Positions 1 to 10,169 of a stretch of 64,000 nt of DNA are shown in pieces. Each line of letters begins with the position of its first letter. Within the stretch, counting starts at the first letter, position 1. Where the stretch lies: assembly GCA_041859095.1 (NCBI GenBank), contig JBHEKY010000006.1, forward strand, positions 7,838-71,837, written 5' to 3'. Under the pieces are notes generated by a model, which was not told where the DNA came from, did not search any database, and was given only the letters and a program-made list of their open reading frames with translations. Position numbers and translations under genes: made by a program. This DNA comes from Anaerovoracaceae bacterium (GTDB taxonomy: Bacteria > Bacillota > Clostridia > Peptostreptococcales > Anaerovoracaceae).

Positions 1-2530
1 TATTGGTTTGAATTGTAACGTTGTAGCAGAATTTGACGGTTTCTTCTTTGATGTTTTGAATCATCTCCTCAAACATATCAAACCCTTCCTGGGCGTATGC
101 GGCGGCAGGATCTTGCTGTCCCAGTGCCCGAAGACCAATGCCGTGTTTCAACTGATCCATGGCATCAATATGATCCATCCACTTATTATCTACTACGCGG
201 ATTAAAATCATTCGTTCCAGTTCTCTCATCCGTTCAGCGCCCAGCTCTTGTTCTTTTTCTTGGTACAAAGCCTCAAAGGCCGATAATACCATTTCTTTCA
301 GGCTTTCGTCTGTTAGGCTATGAATTTCGTTTTCATTGAATTGTAGTGGTATGAACCGCTCGCAAATCCGCTTCAAATGGCCGTTCATGACTTCAAAATC
401 CCACTCTTCTGGGTATTTGGAAGCCACAGTAACCGGTTCCACGCATCCAATGACCAACTCATTGGTCATGTTCATAATGTAGTCCCGCAGGTCTTCTCCG
501 AACAAGACTTTTCGTCGTTCATCGTATACGATTTCCCGCTGCTTATTCATGACATTGTCATACTGCAACACATATTTTCGGATGGAGAAGTTCCGTGCTT
601 CTACCTTCTTTTGAGCACCTTCAATAGATCTGCTCACCATGCCGGATTCAATCGCTTCGTCTTCTGCAACACCCAGCCGGGTGACAACGCTTTGCATCTT
701 ATCCCCGCCAAACAGACGCATCAGTTCGTCTTCCATGGAAATGCAGAATTGGGTGACGCCCGGGTCGCCTTGTCTGCCGGCACGACCTCTTAGCTGGTTA
801 TCTATACGTCTGGATTCATGCCGCTCGGTACCGATGATGCACAGTCCGCCCAAAGAGATAACCCGCTGTTGTTCGTCATGCCGTTCTTCCTTATACTTAT
901 TATATAGCTCCCTAAATTTGCTGCGAGCTTCCAGAATGGCTGGATCCTCAGTAGGGATGTTGGTGGCAGCATAAGCAATGACTTCATCTGAAAACTCCAG
1001 TTTGACCATATCTGCTTTGGCTTCGAATTCAGGGTTGCCACCAAGGATGATGTCCGTACCACGGCCGGCCATGTTGGTGGCGATGGTAATCGCGCCTTCC
1101 CGACCAGCTTCCGCAATGATGGCGGCTTCTTTGTCATGCTGTTTGGCATTCAGCACTTTGTATTCCTTCACGCCACGCTTGCTTAGCAGGTTGGCGATTA
1201 GTTCCGAATTTTCGATGGAGATGGTGCCAACAAGTACCGGCTGTCCCGTGTTGTGTACTTCCACAATTTTGTCCACAATAGCCTTGTACTTTCCCTTTTC
1301 TGAGGCGAAGATTGCATCAGCCCGGTCGTCACGAACAATAACGCGATTGGTGGGAATCTCCAAAACATCCATATTGTAGATATCAATAAATTCGTCTTCT
1401 TCGGTTTTGGCGGTACCTGTCATGCCTGCCAGCTTTTGATACATTCTAAAGTAGTTCTGCAGGGTGACGGTGGCCAGCGTCTTGGATTCGGACCGAACGA
1501 AAACGCCTTCCTTGGCTTCGATGGCCTGATGGAGACCTTCTCCATAACGTCGGCCAAACATCAGGCGACCAGTAAATTCATCAACAATAATGATTTCACC
1601 ATCTTTGACAATATAGTCCACATCCCGCTTCATAATGTTTCTGGCCTTCAAGGCTTGAAGCACGTGATGATTGATTTCCATGTTTTCGGGATCAGAAAAG
1701 TTATCTACTTTAAAGAAAGTTTCGCATTTGCCGACACCCTGTTCCGTCAAGGCGACCTGCTTGTCTTTTTCTTCTACTTCATAGTCGGTTCCCGGCTGAA
1801 GACTCTTGACGAACCGGTCTGCCGTTCCGTACAAATCCGTGGATTTGGCACCCTGTCCTGAAATAATCAGTGGCGTTCTGGCTTCGTCAATCAGGATGGA
1901 GTCCACCTCATCGACGATAGCGTAATTCAAATCACGCTGCATCATATCTTCCCGATAAATGACCATATTGTCTCGAAGATAATCAAAACCGTATTCGTTG
2001 TTGGTGCCGTATGTGATATCCGCCTGATAGGCGGCTCGCCTTGCTTGTTCTGGAATGCCGTGTATGACACATCCCACCGTCAACCCCAGGAAAGTATAAA
2101 TCTTGCCCATCCACTCCATGTCACGCTTGGCCAGATAGTCATTGACCGTGACAATATGGACGCCTTTGCCTTCCAACGCATTGAGATACGCCGGCAAGGT
2201 AGCAACCAGGGTCTTTCCTTCTCCGGTTTTCATTTCGGAAATTCTGCCTTGATGAAGGGTGATTCCGCCAATTATCTGTACATAAAAATGCTTCATTCCC
2301 AGGGTGCGCCAGGCTGCTTCCCGACAGACCGCGAAGGCCTCCGGCAAGATGTCGTCCAGGGTTTCTCCATCCGTTAGCCGCTGTTTGAGCGCCGGGGTCA
2401 TTGCCTTGAGTTGCTCATCCGAATACCCTTGCATCTGCAGGTCCAATGCATCCACTGTTTGTGCGATTTTGTCTATTTTTTTAATCTCTTTGGCATTGAT
2501 ATCTCCAAAGATTTTTTCCATAAAGCCCAT
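1..2530 (-). CDS. secA: Preprotein translocase ATPase SecA (N-terminal ~840 aa; 3' end runs off the left edge)
   Basis: Minus-strand frame is open from 2530 to position 1; it is absent from the ORF track because no stop lies in the window. My translation is [19 protein letters not shown]...[43 protein letters not shown]...[19 protein letters not shown], showing the SecA Walker A and DEVD motifs. GGGAG lies 8 nt upstream of ATG 2530 (alternative ATG at 2521). Confidence 0.9.
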   Translation of the reverse strand, partial: MGFMEKIFGDINAKEIKKIDKIAQTVDALDLQMQGYSDEQLKAMTPALKQRLTDGETLDDILPEAFAVCREAAWRTLGMKHFYVQIIGGITLHQGRISEMKTGEGKTLVATLPAYLNALEGKGVHIVTVNDYLAKRDMEWMGKIYTFLGLTVGCVIHGIPEQARRAAYQADITYGTNNEYGFDYLRDNMVIYREDMMQRDLNYAIVDEVDSILIDEARTPLIISGQGAKSTDLYGTADRFVKSLQPGTDYEVEEKDKQVALTEQGVGKCETFFKVDNFSDPENMEINHHVLQALKARNIMKRDVDYIVKDGEIIIVDEFTGRLMFGRRYGEGLHQAIEAKEGVFVRSESKTLATVTLQNYFRMYQKLAGMTGTAKTEEDEFIDIYNMDVLEIPTNRVIVRDDRADAIFASEKGKYKAIVDKIVEVHNTGQPVLVGTISIENSELIANLLSKRGVKEYKVLNAKQHDKEAAIIAEAGREGAITIATNMAGRGTDIILGGNPEFEAKADMVKLEFSDEVIAYAATNIPTEDPAILEARSKFRELYNKYKEERHDEQQRVISLGGLCIIGTERHESRRIDNQLRGRAGRQGDPGVTQFCISMEDELMRLFGGDKMQSVVTRLGVAEDEAIESGMVSRSIEGAQKKVEARNFSIRKYVLQYDNVMNKQREIVYDERRKVLFGEDLRDYIMNMTNELVIGCVEPVTVASKYPEEWDFEVMNGHLKRICERFIPLQFNENEIHSLTDESLKEMVLSAFEALYQEKEQELGAERMRELERMILIRVVDNKWMDHIDAMDQLKHGIGLRALGQQDPAAAYAQEGFDMFEEMIQNIKEETVKFCYNVTIQTN

Positions 2531-2596
2531 TCGGTCTTCTCCCTTCATGCTTCCCCGGGGGCATCTGATTGCCGCCCAGGCATTCTCGTGTTGCCT

Positions 2597-3859
2597 CTAT
2601 TCTTCCGGCAGTTCTTCCACCGTCAAGTTGATTTCAATTGCTTTTTTGCCGTTGGCTTTGGTTACACGACCCTTGAGTCGTTTGAAGTCAGCTGTGTATT
2701 CAAAGGTATCGCCCTTTTCAGGCAGTTTGTCCAGGCAAAGAACCACCCATCCATTAACCGTGTTGGCATCCACCTCTTCCTCGATGCCGAAATAGTCGAA
2801 GACATTGGCCAAATTGGCATTGCACATAACCCGGTACGTGCCATTCTGAAGCTCCGTCACCTGCTGAGACATGACGACATCATGCTCATCATAAATTTCC
2901 CCAACAAGTTCCTCGATAATATCTTCCATGGTGACAAGTCCTTCTGTGCCGCCATATTCATCCACAATAATTGCCATATGGCTTTTCATCTGCTGCAGTT
3001 TTCGGAGCAAGGTTGCCAGCCGCATGCTTCCAGCCACAAAGGCCACCGGCTTGACAAAGTCCGATATGGAATTTTCTTTGCCATAGATATAGTTATGGAA
3101 GTCCTTTTGATTGAGAACTCCTAAAATTTCATCCAAATCATCGTCGTATACCGGCAATCTGGAAAAGCCTGTATTGCGGAATATTTCGTCCACCTCTTCA
3201 TTGGTCATAACAATGTCGATGGCTTCCATGTCGACTCTCGGAGTCAGCACATCAATGGCCACCAAATCGTTGAATTCGATTGCATTTTGAATTAGTTCGC
3301 TTTGTCCTTCGTCGATGCCACCATCGGTCTCCGCTTCTTCTACCATGGTCATCAGCTCATCTTCTGTAATTTTGTGATGACCCGAAACTTTGAGAATCCT
3401 GAAAGAAGCTTTCTTTAATGCTGCGAAAAAGAAGGTGATTGGTGTCATAATCACCATGATCGCTTGAATGATTGGCGCCACGAACATGCTGTACTTCTCG
3501 GGAATCTCTTTCGCTACTGTTTTGGGGGTGATTTCTCCAAAAATTAGAATGATTACGGTACTGAAAATCGTTGCAATCGTAGGGCCATAATCTCCATATA
3601 AGTCAATGAACAGGACCGTCGCAATGGAAGTTGCCGCGATGTTCACCACGTTGTTGGCAATCAGGATAGTAGACAGCAAATTGTCATATTGCTCTGATAG
3701 CTTGACCACCCGTCTGGCCTTATGGTTGCCATCATTGGCTAGGTTCTTAATTTTGATTCGATTAATTGAAGTAAATGCAGTTTCTGTGGCTGAAAAAAAG
3801 GCTGACAGTACCATCAGAAATAATATGGCTATGGCCGCAGTTGTACTGTGACTTTCCAT
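2597..3859 (-). CDS. CNNM/CorC-HlyC family transporter (DUF21 membrane domain + CBS pair + CorC_HlyC C-terminal domain)
   Basis: 420-aa ORF. The N-terminal TM region contains SATETAF and GEITPK motifs, followed by a CBS-pair region and a C-terminal transporter-associated domain. AGGAGG precedes the ATG. The stop is TAG. Confidence 0.85.
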   Translation of the reverse strand: MESHSTTAAIAILFLMVLSAFFSATETAFTSINRIKIKNLANDGNHKARRVVKLSEQYDNLLSTILIANNVVNIAATSIATVLFIDLYGDYGPTIATIFSTVIILIFGEITPKTVAKEIPEKYSMFVAPIIQAIMVIMTPITFFFAALKKASFRILKVSGHHKITEDELMTMVEEAETDGGIDEGQSELIQNAIEFNDLVAIDVLTPRVDMEAIDIVMTNEEVDEIFRNTGFSRLPVYDDDLDEILGVLNQKDFHNYIYGKENSISDFVKPVAFVAGSMRLATLLRKLQQMKSHMAIIVDEYGGTEGLVTMEDIIEELVGEIYDEHDVVMSQQVTELQNGTYRVMCNANLANVFDYFGIEEEVDANTVNGWVVLCLDKLPEKGDTFEYTADFKRLKGRVTKANGKKAIEINLTVEELPEE

Positions 3860-3927
3860 GAATAGATTCCTCCTATTGGTTTCTGCCTTCCGGAAAACCC
3901 GGTAACAAAGACAGATTCGTAGAAATA

Positions 3928-3956
3928 ATTATACCTTATTTCAAGCAAGATGTAAA
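3928..3956 (-). promoter_or_regulatory. Sigma-70-type promoter candidate for the CNNM gene
   Basis: On the minus strand: TTTACA (3956-3951), a 17-nt spacer, then TATAAT (3933-3928), about 70 nt upstream of ATG 3859. Confidence 0.4.
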
Positions 3957-4199
3957 ACAGAAGTAGACTGCCAAGCCTTGCCGGCCCGACAGTCTACCTC
4001 AGATATAAATGGAAAGGGTTTTGGGTTTAATTAAGTGTTATACTCCCCCCAGAGCAAAACAAACTGATTGATTGTTCATGCGGTTATCTGTGCATATTGC
4101 ACTCTTGATTCATGTTTGTATTATATGCTTCGTTTTCGCTTTTGTCAATACTCAATATGAAAAGATTACGGATTCTACATCAGCACATCTTTGCATCTT

Positions 4200-5921
4200 T
4201 TAATTGGCAGTCTTTGCTGCTATTTTAGCCAGTTCCTGGGCTTCCAGCACGGTGTAAGCCACCTTTCCTACAAGGGTCTGTGGCAGCCGTTCCATGTACT
4301 CAAACTCATAGGGCATTGCGTAGTGTGCGATGTTTCGGTTGCAGTGCTCATAAATGGAATCCCGCAACTCATCGGTCAGTGCCACATCAGGCTTCAATAC
4401 AACAAAGGCCTTCACCTTCTGCATCTTATAGGGGTCCGGCACCCCAATCACCGAGCTCATCAGCACCGCTTCATGGCCGTCGATGATATTTTCAAGTTGA
4501 GCTGGATAAATGGAATATCCAGAGGAAATAATCATCCTCTTCAGACGTTGCTTAAAGTAGATAAACCCTTCATCATCCATCACCCCCAAATCTCCAGTAT
4601 GCAGCCAAAGTCTTCCATCTTCATGCATTTGAAGCGTAGATTCGGTTTCAGAAGGGCTATTTAAGTACCCAATCATAACCGTAGGGCCGCTGATGCAAAT
4701 TTCGCCTTCGTCACCATATGGCACTTCGACCTTCGTACTTGCTTTGACGATTTTGTAATAGGTGTCTGGGAAAGGGATTCCGATGGTTCCTTCTTTATAA
4801 AAATCCTTGGGGGTCAGGCAGCTGGCGGTCACACACTCTGTCAGGCCATAACCCTCCCGAAGCTGGATCTTGGCATTGTGATCTCGTAAAAAGGCATCAA
4901 CTTTTTTCTTTAGTTCCACCGATAGCGTGTCCCCTCCTGAGAAAACGCCAATGAGGCAAGAAAGATCCACGCCTTCCATCTTCTTGTTCCGTAGCAGCGC
5001 TTCAAACAAAGTGGGCACGCCTGCGATATAATTGGGTTGTACCTTCTTCAGCAAATCAGCATAGATATCAACGCTAAACTGAGGCACCAGTTGGCAACAA
5101 CCTCCAATAATCAGGAACGTATGGATCCCGATACCAAAACCAAAGCCATGAAAAATCGGCATAATGGAAAGCATCTTCTGTCCGGGCCGTAAGGTTTCTC
5201 CCGCCGCTTCCGTTTGCATGGCCAATGCATTAAAATTCAGATTAGAAAGCAGAATTCCTTTGGTGATGCCAGAGGTTCCGCCGCTGTACAAAATGGCAGC
5301 CGGATCTTTGCCTTTATTGTGGATTGCATAATCCTTCTTCCAGTTTGAAGCCAGGTTCATGAAATCAACCCATTTGACCACAGGCTCGCCCTTTTTAATT
5401 TTGGCAATCTTCCTGCCTTTCGTGGCTTTAAAACCCAGGCTTTTTACAAAGGAAAGCTCCGTTGCGATGGAAGCCACGATAACGTGTTTCAGGTTCGGTG
5501 TGTTATCACGGATTGCGGCCACTTTTGGATAGAACGCATCCAGAACCAACATGCCCTTGCTTTCAGAAAGATTCAGATAAAACTCGATCTCTCCCTCCGA
5601 AGACAGTGGATGAACCATATTCGGGATGCCGCCCATCATATTCAGTGCGTAAAACATAATAATACCCTGCGGGGTATTGGGCATACAAATCGTCACCTTA
5701 TCCCCAGGCTCAATCCCCAAGGTACGTAACGCTTTGGCGCATTGGTGAACTTTTTCGAGAAATCCACGGTAGGTGACTTCTTTTCCGAGAAAATGATAGG
5801 CAATCAGCTCAGGATAAGCCGAGGCATTCTTCTCGATCAGGTCTACCATGGAAAGATCGGGGTAGTCAAGGTGTTCCGGCACCTTTCCGTAGGATGAAAT
5901 CCAAGGCGTTTTGATGGTCAT
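4200..5921 (-). CDS. AMP-dependent acyl-CoA synthetase/ligase (FadD-like)
   Basis: Carries the AMP-binding signature YSGGTSGITKG, plus GYGLTE and a C-terminal GKV. The start is placed at ATG 5921 (GGGGAG 7 nt upstream). The ORF track start at 5951 would overlap the upstream gene and lacks an SD. Confidence 0.85.
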   Translation of the reverse strand: MTIKTPWISSYGKVPEHLDYPDLSMVDLIEKNASAYPELIAYHFLGKEVTYRGFLEKVHQCAKALRTLGIEPGDKVTICMPNTPQGIIMFYALNMMGGIPNMVHPLSSEGEIEFYLNLSESKGMLVLDAFYPKVAAIRDNTPNLKHVIVASIATELSFVKSLGFKATKGRKIAKIKKGEPVVKWVDFMNLASNWKKDYAIHNKGKDPAAILYSGGTSGITKGILLSNLNFNALAMQTEAAGETLRPGQKMLSIMPIFHGFGFGIGIHTFLIIGGCCQLVPQFSVDIYADLLKKVQPNYIAGVPTLFEALLRNKKMEGVDLSCLIGVFSGGDTLSVELKKKVDAFLRDHNAKIQLREGYGLTECVTASCLTPKDFYKEGTIGIPFPDTYYKIVKASTKVEVPYGDEGEICISGPTVMIGYLNSPSETESTLQMHEDGRLWLHTGDLGVMDDEGFIYFKQRLKRMIISSGYSIYPAQLENIIDGHEAVLMSSVIGVPDPYKMQKVKAFVVLKPDVALTDELRDSIYEHCNRNIAHYAMPYEFEYMERLPQTLVGKVAYTVLEAQELAKIAAKTAN

Positions 5922-5937
5922 GTTTGTACTCCCCGGC

Positions 5938-6816
5938 TTATTCGCCGTCATATCCGATGGATTCTTTGAGAGGTCCTTCCAGCATCTTGGGATGCTCTAT
6001 GATATGCCTCATTATTTTCATAGATTTAGCAAAGTAAAATCCGTCTGCAATCCGTTCATCCACGTTAATGCCAAAGTTCACCACATCCCGGATTACTGTT
6101 ATGCCATCCTGCCCTAACACTTGTTCTTTATGGATTTCTCCAATGGTCATCATGATAGAATTGGTGCCATAATTGTTCAGATGGTGATAAGTGGCATCTG
6201 CCTGAATGCTTCCCAAATTGGAAAGCAACACTGATACAAAATTCGTGTCACCGTCGGTCATAAATTGAGGCATCAGCCCGTAAAAATCCAGCATCCGGAA
6301 ACACCGCATGGAGAACCGCTGAACAAAACGAGGGAGCCTGGCGAAAAAATTGATGGTGGCATCCAGCTCGCTTTTTCCGCTTTCCCGCAGCTCTTTGGTT
6401 TCCCCCAAAATCTTGCGGCTAATGTCTTCCAAGGTTGTTTCACCGTTCACTTTCATCGTCAAGAGCAACTCTTCCGCATGGTCGCTAAACTGTCGCTTAA
6501 CCACAAATGCGAAGGTTAACTCATTTCGTTGGTACATTCTGCGACCTGCCACAAAACGGTTCAGCATCTCTCGGTGATAGAGGGTTTTGGCGATGGCGGC
6601 TACAAAAACGTGAAACGCTTTGGTTTGAATTGCTGGGTTTGCGCTGTTTCTTGTGTCCACCAGTTTTAATAATTCAGTGACATCAAACTGCTCTTTGCTG
6701 TAAACTTCTGCTTCAGTTCGGTTCGGAATCAGGTGCATCATCACCGCATGAAATCCATCAATGTCACGAATCCATCGTCCATCCCGGCGGTCGCCCCTTC
6801 TTTTTTTGTCTGCCAT
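5938..6816 (-). CDS. Stand-alone 2-oxoacid dehydrogenase E2 / CAT-fold acyltransferase catalytic-domain-like protein
   Basis: About 292 aa with no lipoyl or E3-binding domain. The C-terminal motif NVDERIADGFYF aligns by eye with the E2 catalytic DHRxxDG motif, with Glu in place of His. The start is ATG 6816, preceded by AGGAGG. Confidence 0.55.
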   Translation of the reverse strand: MADKKRRGDRRDGRWIRDIDGFHAVMMHLIPNRTEAEVYSKEQFDVTELLKLVDTRNSANPAIQTKAFHVFVAAIAKTLYHREMLNRFVAGRRMYQRNELTFAFVVKRQFSDHAEELLLTMKVNGETTLEDISRKILGETKELRESGKSELDATINFFARLPRFVQRFSMRCFRMLDFYGLMPQFMTDGDTNFVSVLLSNLGSIQADATYHHLNNYGTNSIMMTIGEIHKEQVLGQDGITVIRDVVNFGINVDERIADGFYFAKSMKIMRHIIEHPKMLEGPLKESIGYDGE

Positions 6817-6938
6817 TCGCACCCTCCTGCCAATCAACATGTTTTTCCATAAACAATGTATTAATTATATGTATTTTGCAAGCTGTTTTCAATAAATACT
6901 TTGCTTGTGATATAATATGCCCGTTGGAGGTTTGAACC

Positions 6939-8708
6939 ATGGGACTTATTGAAACTATCAATGAAGCAGGAATCCCTTTGATGATACGACTTTCCGGGAT
7001 TTTCCATGAAAGTGCGGCTTTTTCGGATGCATACACCACCGTTGCGCGGTGGATTTTCGTCATGCTGGCACTTTTTATTATTATCAAATCCATTCGTTCG
7101 TTATGGACTGCCAGGGGCACTTCAGAAATATGGGCTTACCTTATTTTACCCGACGGAACCCATACCCCGTTAACCCACTGGGAAAGTGTAATCGGTCGGT
7201 CCAAAAGTGCAGATGTTGTGGTGGATCTGATGACCGTTTCACGCAACCACGGCTTATTGATTCGTGATGAGCAAGGTACCTGGCGTTATAACGACTTGGG
7301 CTCCAGTGGAGGGTCTGAAATCAACGGCAATAATGTGAGCAAGTCAACACCTGTAGAAGCCGGGGATACCATTTCTCTGGCAGGTGCAGACTGTTTGTTT
7401 ATTCCTGCTAGTCTGGAAGAACGGCTGGATAACTTGGACGAACGTCGCAAATCGTCTTTCGTTTCATCTCCGTTGTCCTCCCTCATGGCTTTGACCGTAT
7501 TCCAGATCATGCTTTGTGTGCAATTGATTGCGGCCGAGGGTGAGACCTTGCCGATTTCTGTCATCGTGGGCGTCCTTGGGTTAACCGTGATCATGTGGTG
7601 TTTCTGGGCTATCTTGCGCTTGATGCAGCTTCGACATTTTGAAATTGAAACCATTGCATTTTTTCTATGCACGCTGAACCTCGCCGTCACGGCTTCTTCT
7701 TCACCGGATGAGGTGATCAAGCAACTGATTTCTATTCTTCTGGGGGTTTGCCTCTTCTTCGGAATGTGCTTATATCTTCGGGATTTGAATCGCACGCTTT
7801 GGGTACGTCGCATTTTGGTCATGGGTAGCGTCCTTTTGTTGTTGGTCAATTTGGTATTTGGAACCCTGACCTACGGCTCCACCAATTGGGTGAATCTGGG
7901 TGGCTTTTCGTTCCAGCCTTCTGAATTTGTTAAGATTGCATTTATCTTCATCGGTTCTGCCACGCTGGAAGAACTGTACCAAAAGAAGAACCTGGGCTTG
8001 TTCATGGTTTTTTCACTGTTTTGCCTAGGTTGTCTGGCGGTGATGGGAGACTTTGGCACAGCTGCCATTTTCTTTGTTACCTATTTGGTTATTTCATTCC
8101 TGCGAAGCGGCGAGTTCTCCAAGTTGTTCCTGACCGTGGGAGGAGCGCTGGGCGCAGGTCTGATGATCTTGCGATTCAAGCCTTACATCGCGACTCGCTT
8201 CGAAACCTGGGGGCATGCATGGGAATATGCGGATGCAGGTGGCTTTCAGCAAACCCGCACCATGACAGCAGGGGCAAGCGGAGGCCTATTAGGTGTTGGC
8301 AGCGGTGAAGGTTGGCTGCATAACGTTTTTGCGGCGGACACGGATTTGGTTTTTGGGATGCTCAGCGAAGAATGGGGCTTAATCATTGCGGTCCTGTCAG
8401 TGCTCTCTATCTTTGCATTGGGTGTTTTTGCGTATCGAACCATCCTTTCCGGCCGTTCCTCTTTTTATACCATCGCAGCATGTTCTGCAACATCCCTTTT
8501 TGCTTTTCAGACCATGCTCAATGTATTCGGCTCGGTGGATTTGTTTCCACTAACCGGCGTAACTTTCCCATTCGTTTCCAACGGCGGCAGCAGTATGGTG
8601 GCTTCCTGGGGGTTGTTAGCCTTCCTCAAAGCGGCAGACACCAGACAAGATGCAAGCCTGGCAGTGAAAGGTGTGGATGAGGACGACTTAGAAGGAGGCA
8701 CCCTATGA
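6939..8708 (+). CDS. FHA domain fused to an FtsW/RodA/SpoVE (SEDS) peptidoglycan polymerase
   Basis: The N-terminus has an FHA-like segment (VIGRSKSADVVVDLMTVSRNHGLLIRDEQGTWRYNDLGSSGGSEINGN). A multi-TM SEDS body follows (GGFSFQPSEFVKI, FGTAAIF, LPLTGVTFPFVSNGGSS). GGAGG lies upstream of the ATG. Confidence 0.85.
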   Translation: MGLIETINEAGIPLMIRLSGIFHESAAFSDAYTTVARWIFVMLALFIIIKSIRSLWTARGTSEIWAYLILPDGTHTPLTHWESVIGRSKSADVVVDLMTVSRNHGLLIRDEQGTWRYNDLGSSGGSEINGNNVSKSTPVEAGDTISLAGADCLFIPASLEERLDNLDERRKSSFVSSPLSSLMALTVFQIMLCVQLIAAEGETLPISVIVGVLGLTVIMWCFWAILRLMQLRHFEIETIAFFLCTLNLAVTASSSPDEVIKQLISILLGVCLFFGMCLYLRDLNRTLWVRRILVMGSVLLLLVNLVFGTLTYGSTNWVNLGGFSFQPSEFVKIAFIFIGSATLEELYQKKNLGLFMVFSLFCLGCLAVMGDFGTAAIFFVTYLVISFLRSGEFSKLFLTVGGALGAGLMILRFKPYIATRFETWGHAWEYADAGGFQQTRTMTAGASGGLLGVGSGEGWLHNVFAADTDLVFGMLSEEWGLIIAVLSVLSIFALGVFAYRTILSGRSSFYTIAACSATSLFAFQTMLNVFGSVDLFPLTGVTFPFVSNGGSSMVASWGLLAFLKAADTRQDASLAVKGVDEDDLEGGTL

Positions 8709-10075
8709 AAAAATTAGACAAACGAGCATACATGTGCCTGGCACTTTCGGCATGCCTCTTCCTGGGGGTCTGCTTCTATATCGGAAAAGTTCTGGTTTTT
8801 GGCAGCACCTGGGTCAGTTATCCTGCCAACCAGCACATTTACACCGACGGTAAAATCAGCACTGGCAGCGTTTATGATGTCAATGGCCAACTCTTAATGA
8901 AAAATACCGAAAGCGGTACGCCGGATTACAATGACGATGTCACCATCCGAAAAGCCATGCTACACGCCACTGGCGACAAGGCCGGAAATATTATCACCGG
9001 TGCCAACAAAGCCTTTGCCGGTCGTCTGGTGGGTTACAATATTCTTACGGGAACTTATTCCGCAAAGAAGGCTGGACGTCAGCTTTACCTAACTTTGGAT
9101 GCCAAGGTATGCGCTGCGGCATACACCGCACTAAACGGGCGAAGTGGTACCGTTGGGGTATACAACTATGAAACCGGTGAAATCATCTGTATGGTTAGTT
9201 CCCCGACGTATGATCCGGCCAACCCTCCCACTCTGGCGGCGGATGACACCTCTGGGGTATATCTCAATCGATTCACCTCAGTGTCCGTTGTCCCCGGCTC
9301 CATCTTCAAATTAATCACCGCTGCGGCAGCCATCGAAGAAATCCCCGTACTTTCATCCTGGACTTATAACTGTACCGGTGAGTTGCCTTTGGGCACCGCC
9401 GAAACCGATCGGGTAACCTGTCCCAGCGCCCATGGAGAAGTCAACTTTGAGGAAGCCCTAGCTGTTTCATGCAACTGTGGATTTGCAAATTTGTCTCTGA
9501 TTCTTGGCAGCGAGTCGATACAGAAATATACCGAAAAAGCCGGTTTGACTCAGTCCTACTCCATCAATGGAATCCAAACCACCAAAGGATCCTTCGAATA
9601 TCCCGATAACGAGGTTGGGCTAGCCTGGACTGGTATCGGTCAGAATAAGGATTTGGTCAATCCCTGCTCCATGATGGTCTATATGGGTGCCATTGCAAAT
9701 GGTGGAAAAGCCGCTGTACCACGGCTCATCGATACGGTAAAATTTAGCAACGGCCTTCCTGCCGGATGGTTTTTCTCCCGTAAGACCAATGTACTGATTG
9801 AGTCCGAAACCGCTGCCAAGCTGGAAAGTATGATGCACAACAATGTGGTCGAGACCTATGGGGAAGATAACTTTCCGGGATTAGACCTTTGCGCCAAATC
9901 AGGCACCGCCGAAGTTGGAGGCAACAAAGCGCCTAACGCCTGGTTCACAGGATTTATCCGCAACGATGGCGCACCTTACGCATTTATCGTCTTAGTTGAA
10001 AACGGAGGCTCCGGTAGCGACGTCGCAGGCAAAATCGCAAATACTGTCTTACAGGAAATTGTAAAGAACAAGTAA
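8705..10075 (+). CDS. Class B penicillin-binding protein (transpeptidase)
   Basis: N-terminal TM anchor. SxxK (PGSIFK), SxN (SCN) and KSG(T) (KSGTAE) motifs occur in the correct order. ATGA overlap with the upstream SEDS gene. Confidence 0.85.
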   Translation: MKKLDKRAYMCLALSACLFLGVCFYIGKVLVFGSTWVSYPANQHIYTDGKISTGSVYDVNGQLLMKNTESGTPDYNDDVTIRKAMLHATGDKAGNIITGANKAFAGRLVGYNILTGTYSAKKAGRQLYLTLDAKVCAAAYTALNGRSGTVGVYNYETGEIICMVSSPTYDPANPPTLAADDTSGVYLNRFTSVSVVPGSIFKLITAAAAIEEIPVLSSWTYNCTGELPLGTAETDRVTCPSAHGEVNFEEALAVSCNCGFANLSLILGSESIQKYTEKAGLTQSYSINGIQTTKGSFEYPDNEVGLAWTGIGQNKDLVNPCSMMVYMGAIANGGKAAVPRLIDTVKFSNGLPAGWFFSRKTNVLIESETAAKLESMMHNNVVETYGEDNFPGLDLCAKSGTAEVGGNKAPNAWFTGFIRNDGAPYAFIVLVENGGSGSDVAGKIANTVLQEIVKNK

Positions 10076-10120
10076 TGCTCATTGTAAAGAACAAGTGATA
10101 TCTCTTCTTCAAAAACTCAA

Positions 10121-10158
10121 AGAACCCGACAATGTTCCGCATTGCCGGGTTCTTTTGC
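10121..10158. terminator. Bidirectional rho-independent terminator between the PBP (+) and SDR (-) genes
   Basis: AGAACCCGACAATG-ttcc-GCATTGCCGGGTTCT forms a stem with one mismatch. It is followed by TCTTTTG and preceded by an A-rich run. Confidence 0.5.
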
Positions 10159-10169
10159 TGTTGGTATTC

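Noticed and set aside
2531-2599. The CNNM gene ends at TAG and the following 22 codons are stop-free and in frame with the secA start (possible UAG read-through fusion).
   Set aside because: A CNNM-SecA fusion makes no biological sense. About one in three adjacent same-strand genes is in frame by chance. I use this junction as a control that tempers the pylSn-csaA observation.
97-2795. Many plus-strand ORFs in the track lie opposite secA (e.g. 377-793, 978-1379, 1436-1861, 2045-2377, 2411-3124). Similar antisense ORFs lie opposite almost every large gene.
   Set aside because: These are shadow ORFs on the strand opposite clearly recognisable proteins. They lack SD sequences and have low-complexity, Ser/Arg/Pro-rich translations.
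3860-4199. The 340-bp gap upstream of the CNNM/CorC gene was checked for a Mg2+ (M-box) riboswitch. The leaders of the his operon (59837-59975) and leuA (63084-63272) were checked for T-boxes.
   Set aside because: I could not find the conserved M-box or T-box core sequences. The transcribed leaders implied by the promoter candidates are too short (about 50-140 nt). An Rfam scan would be needed to be certain.
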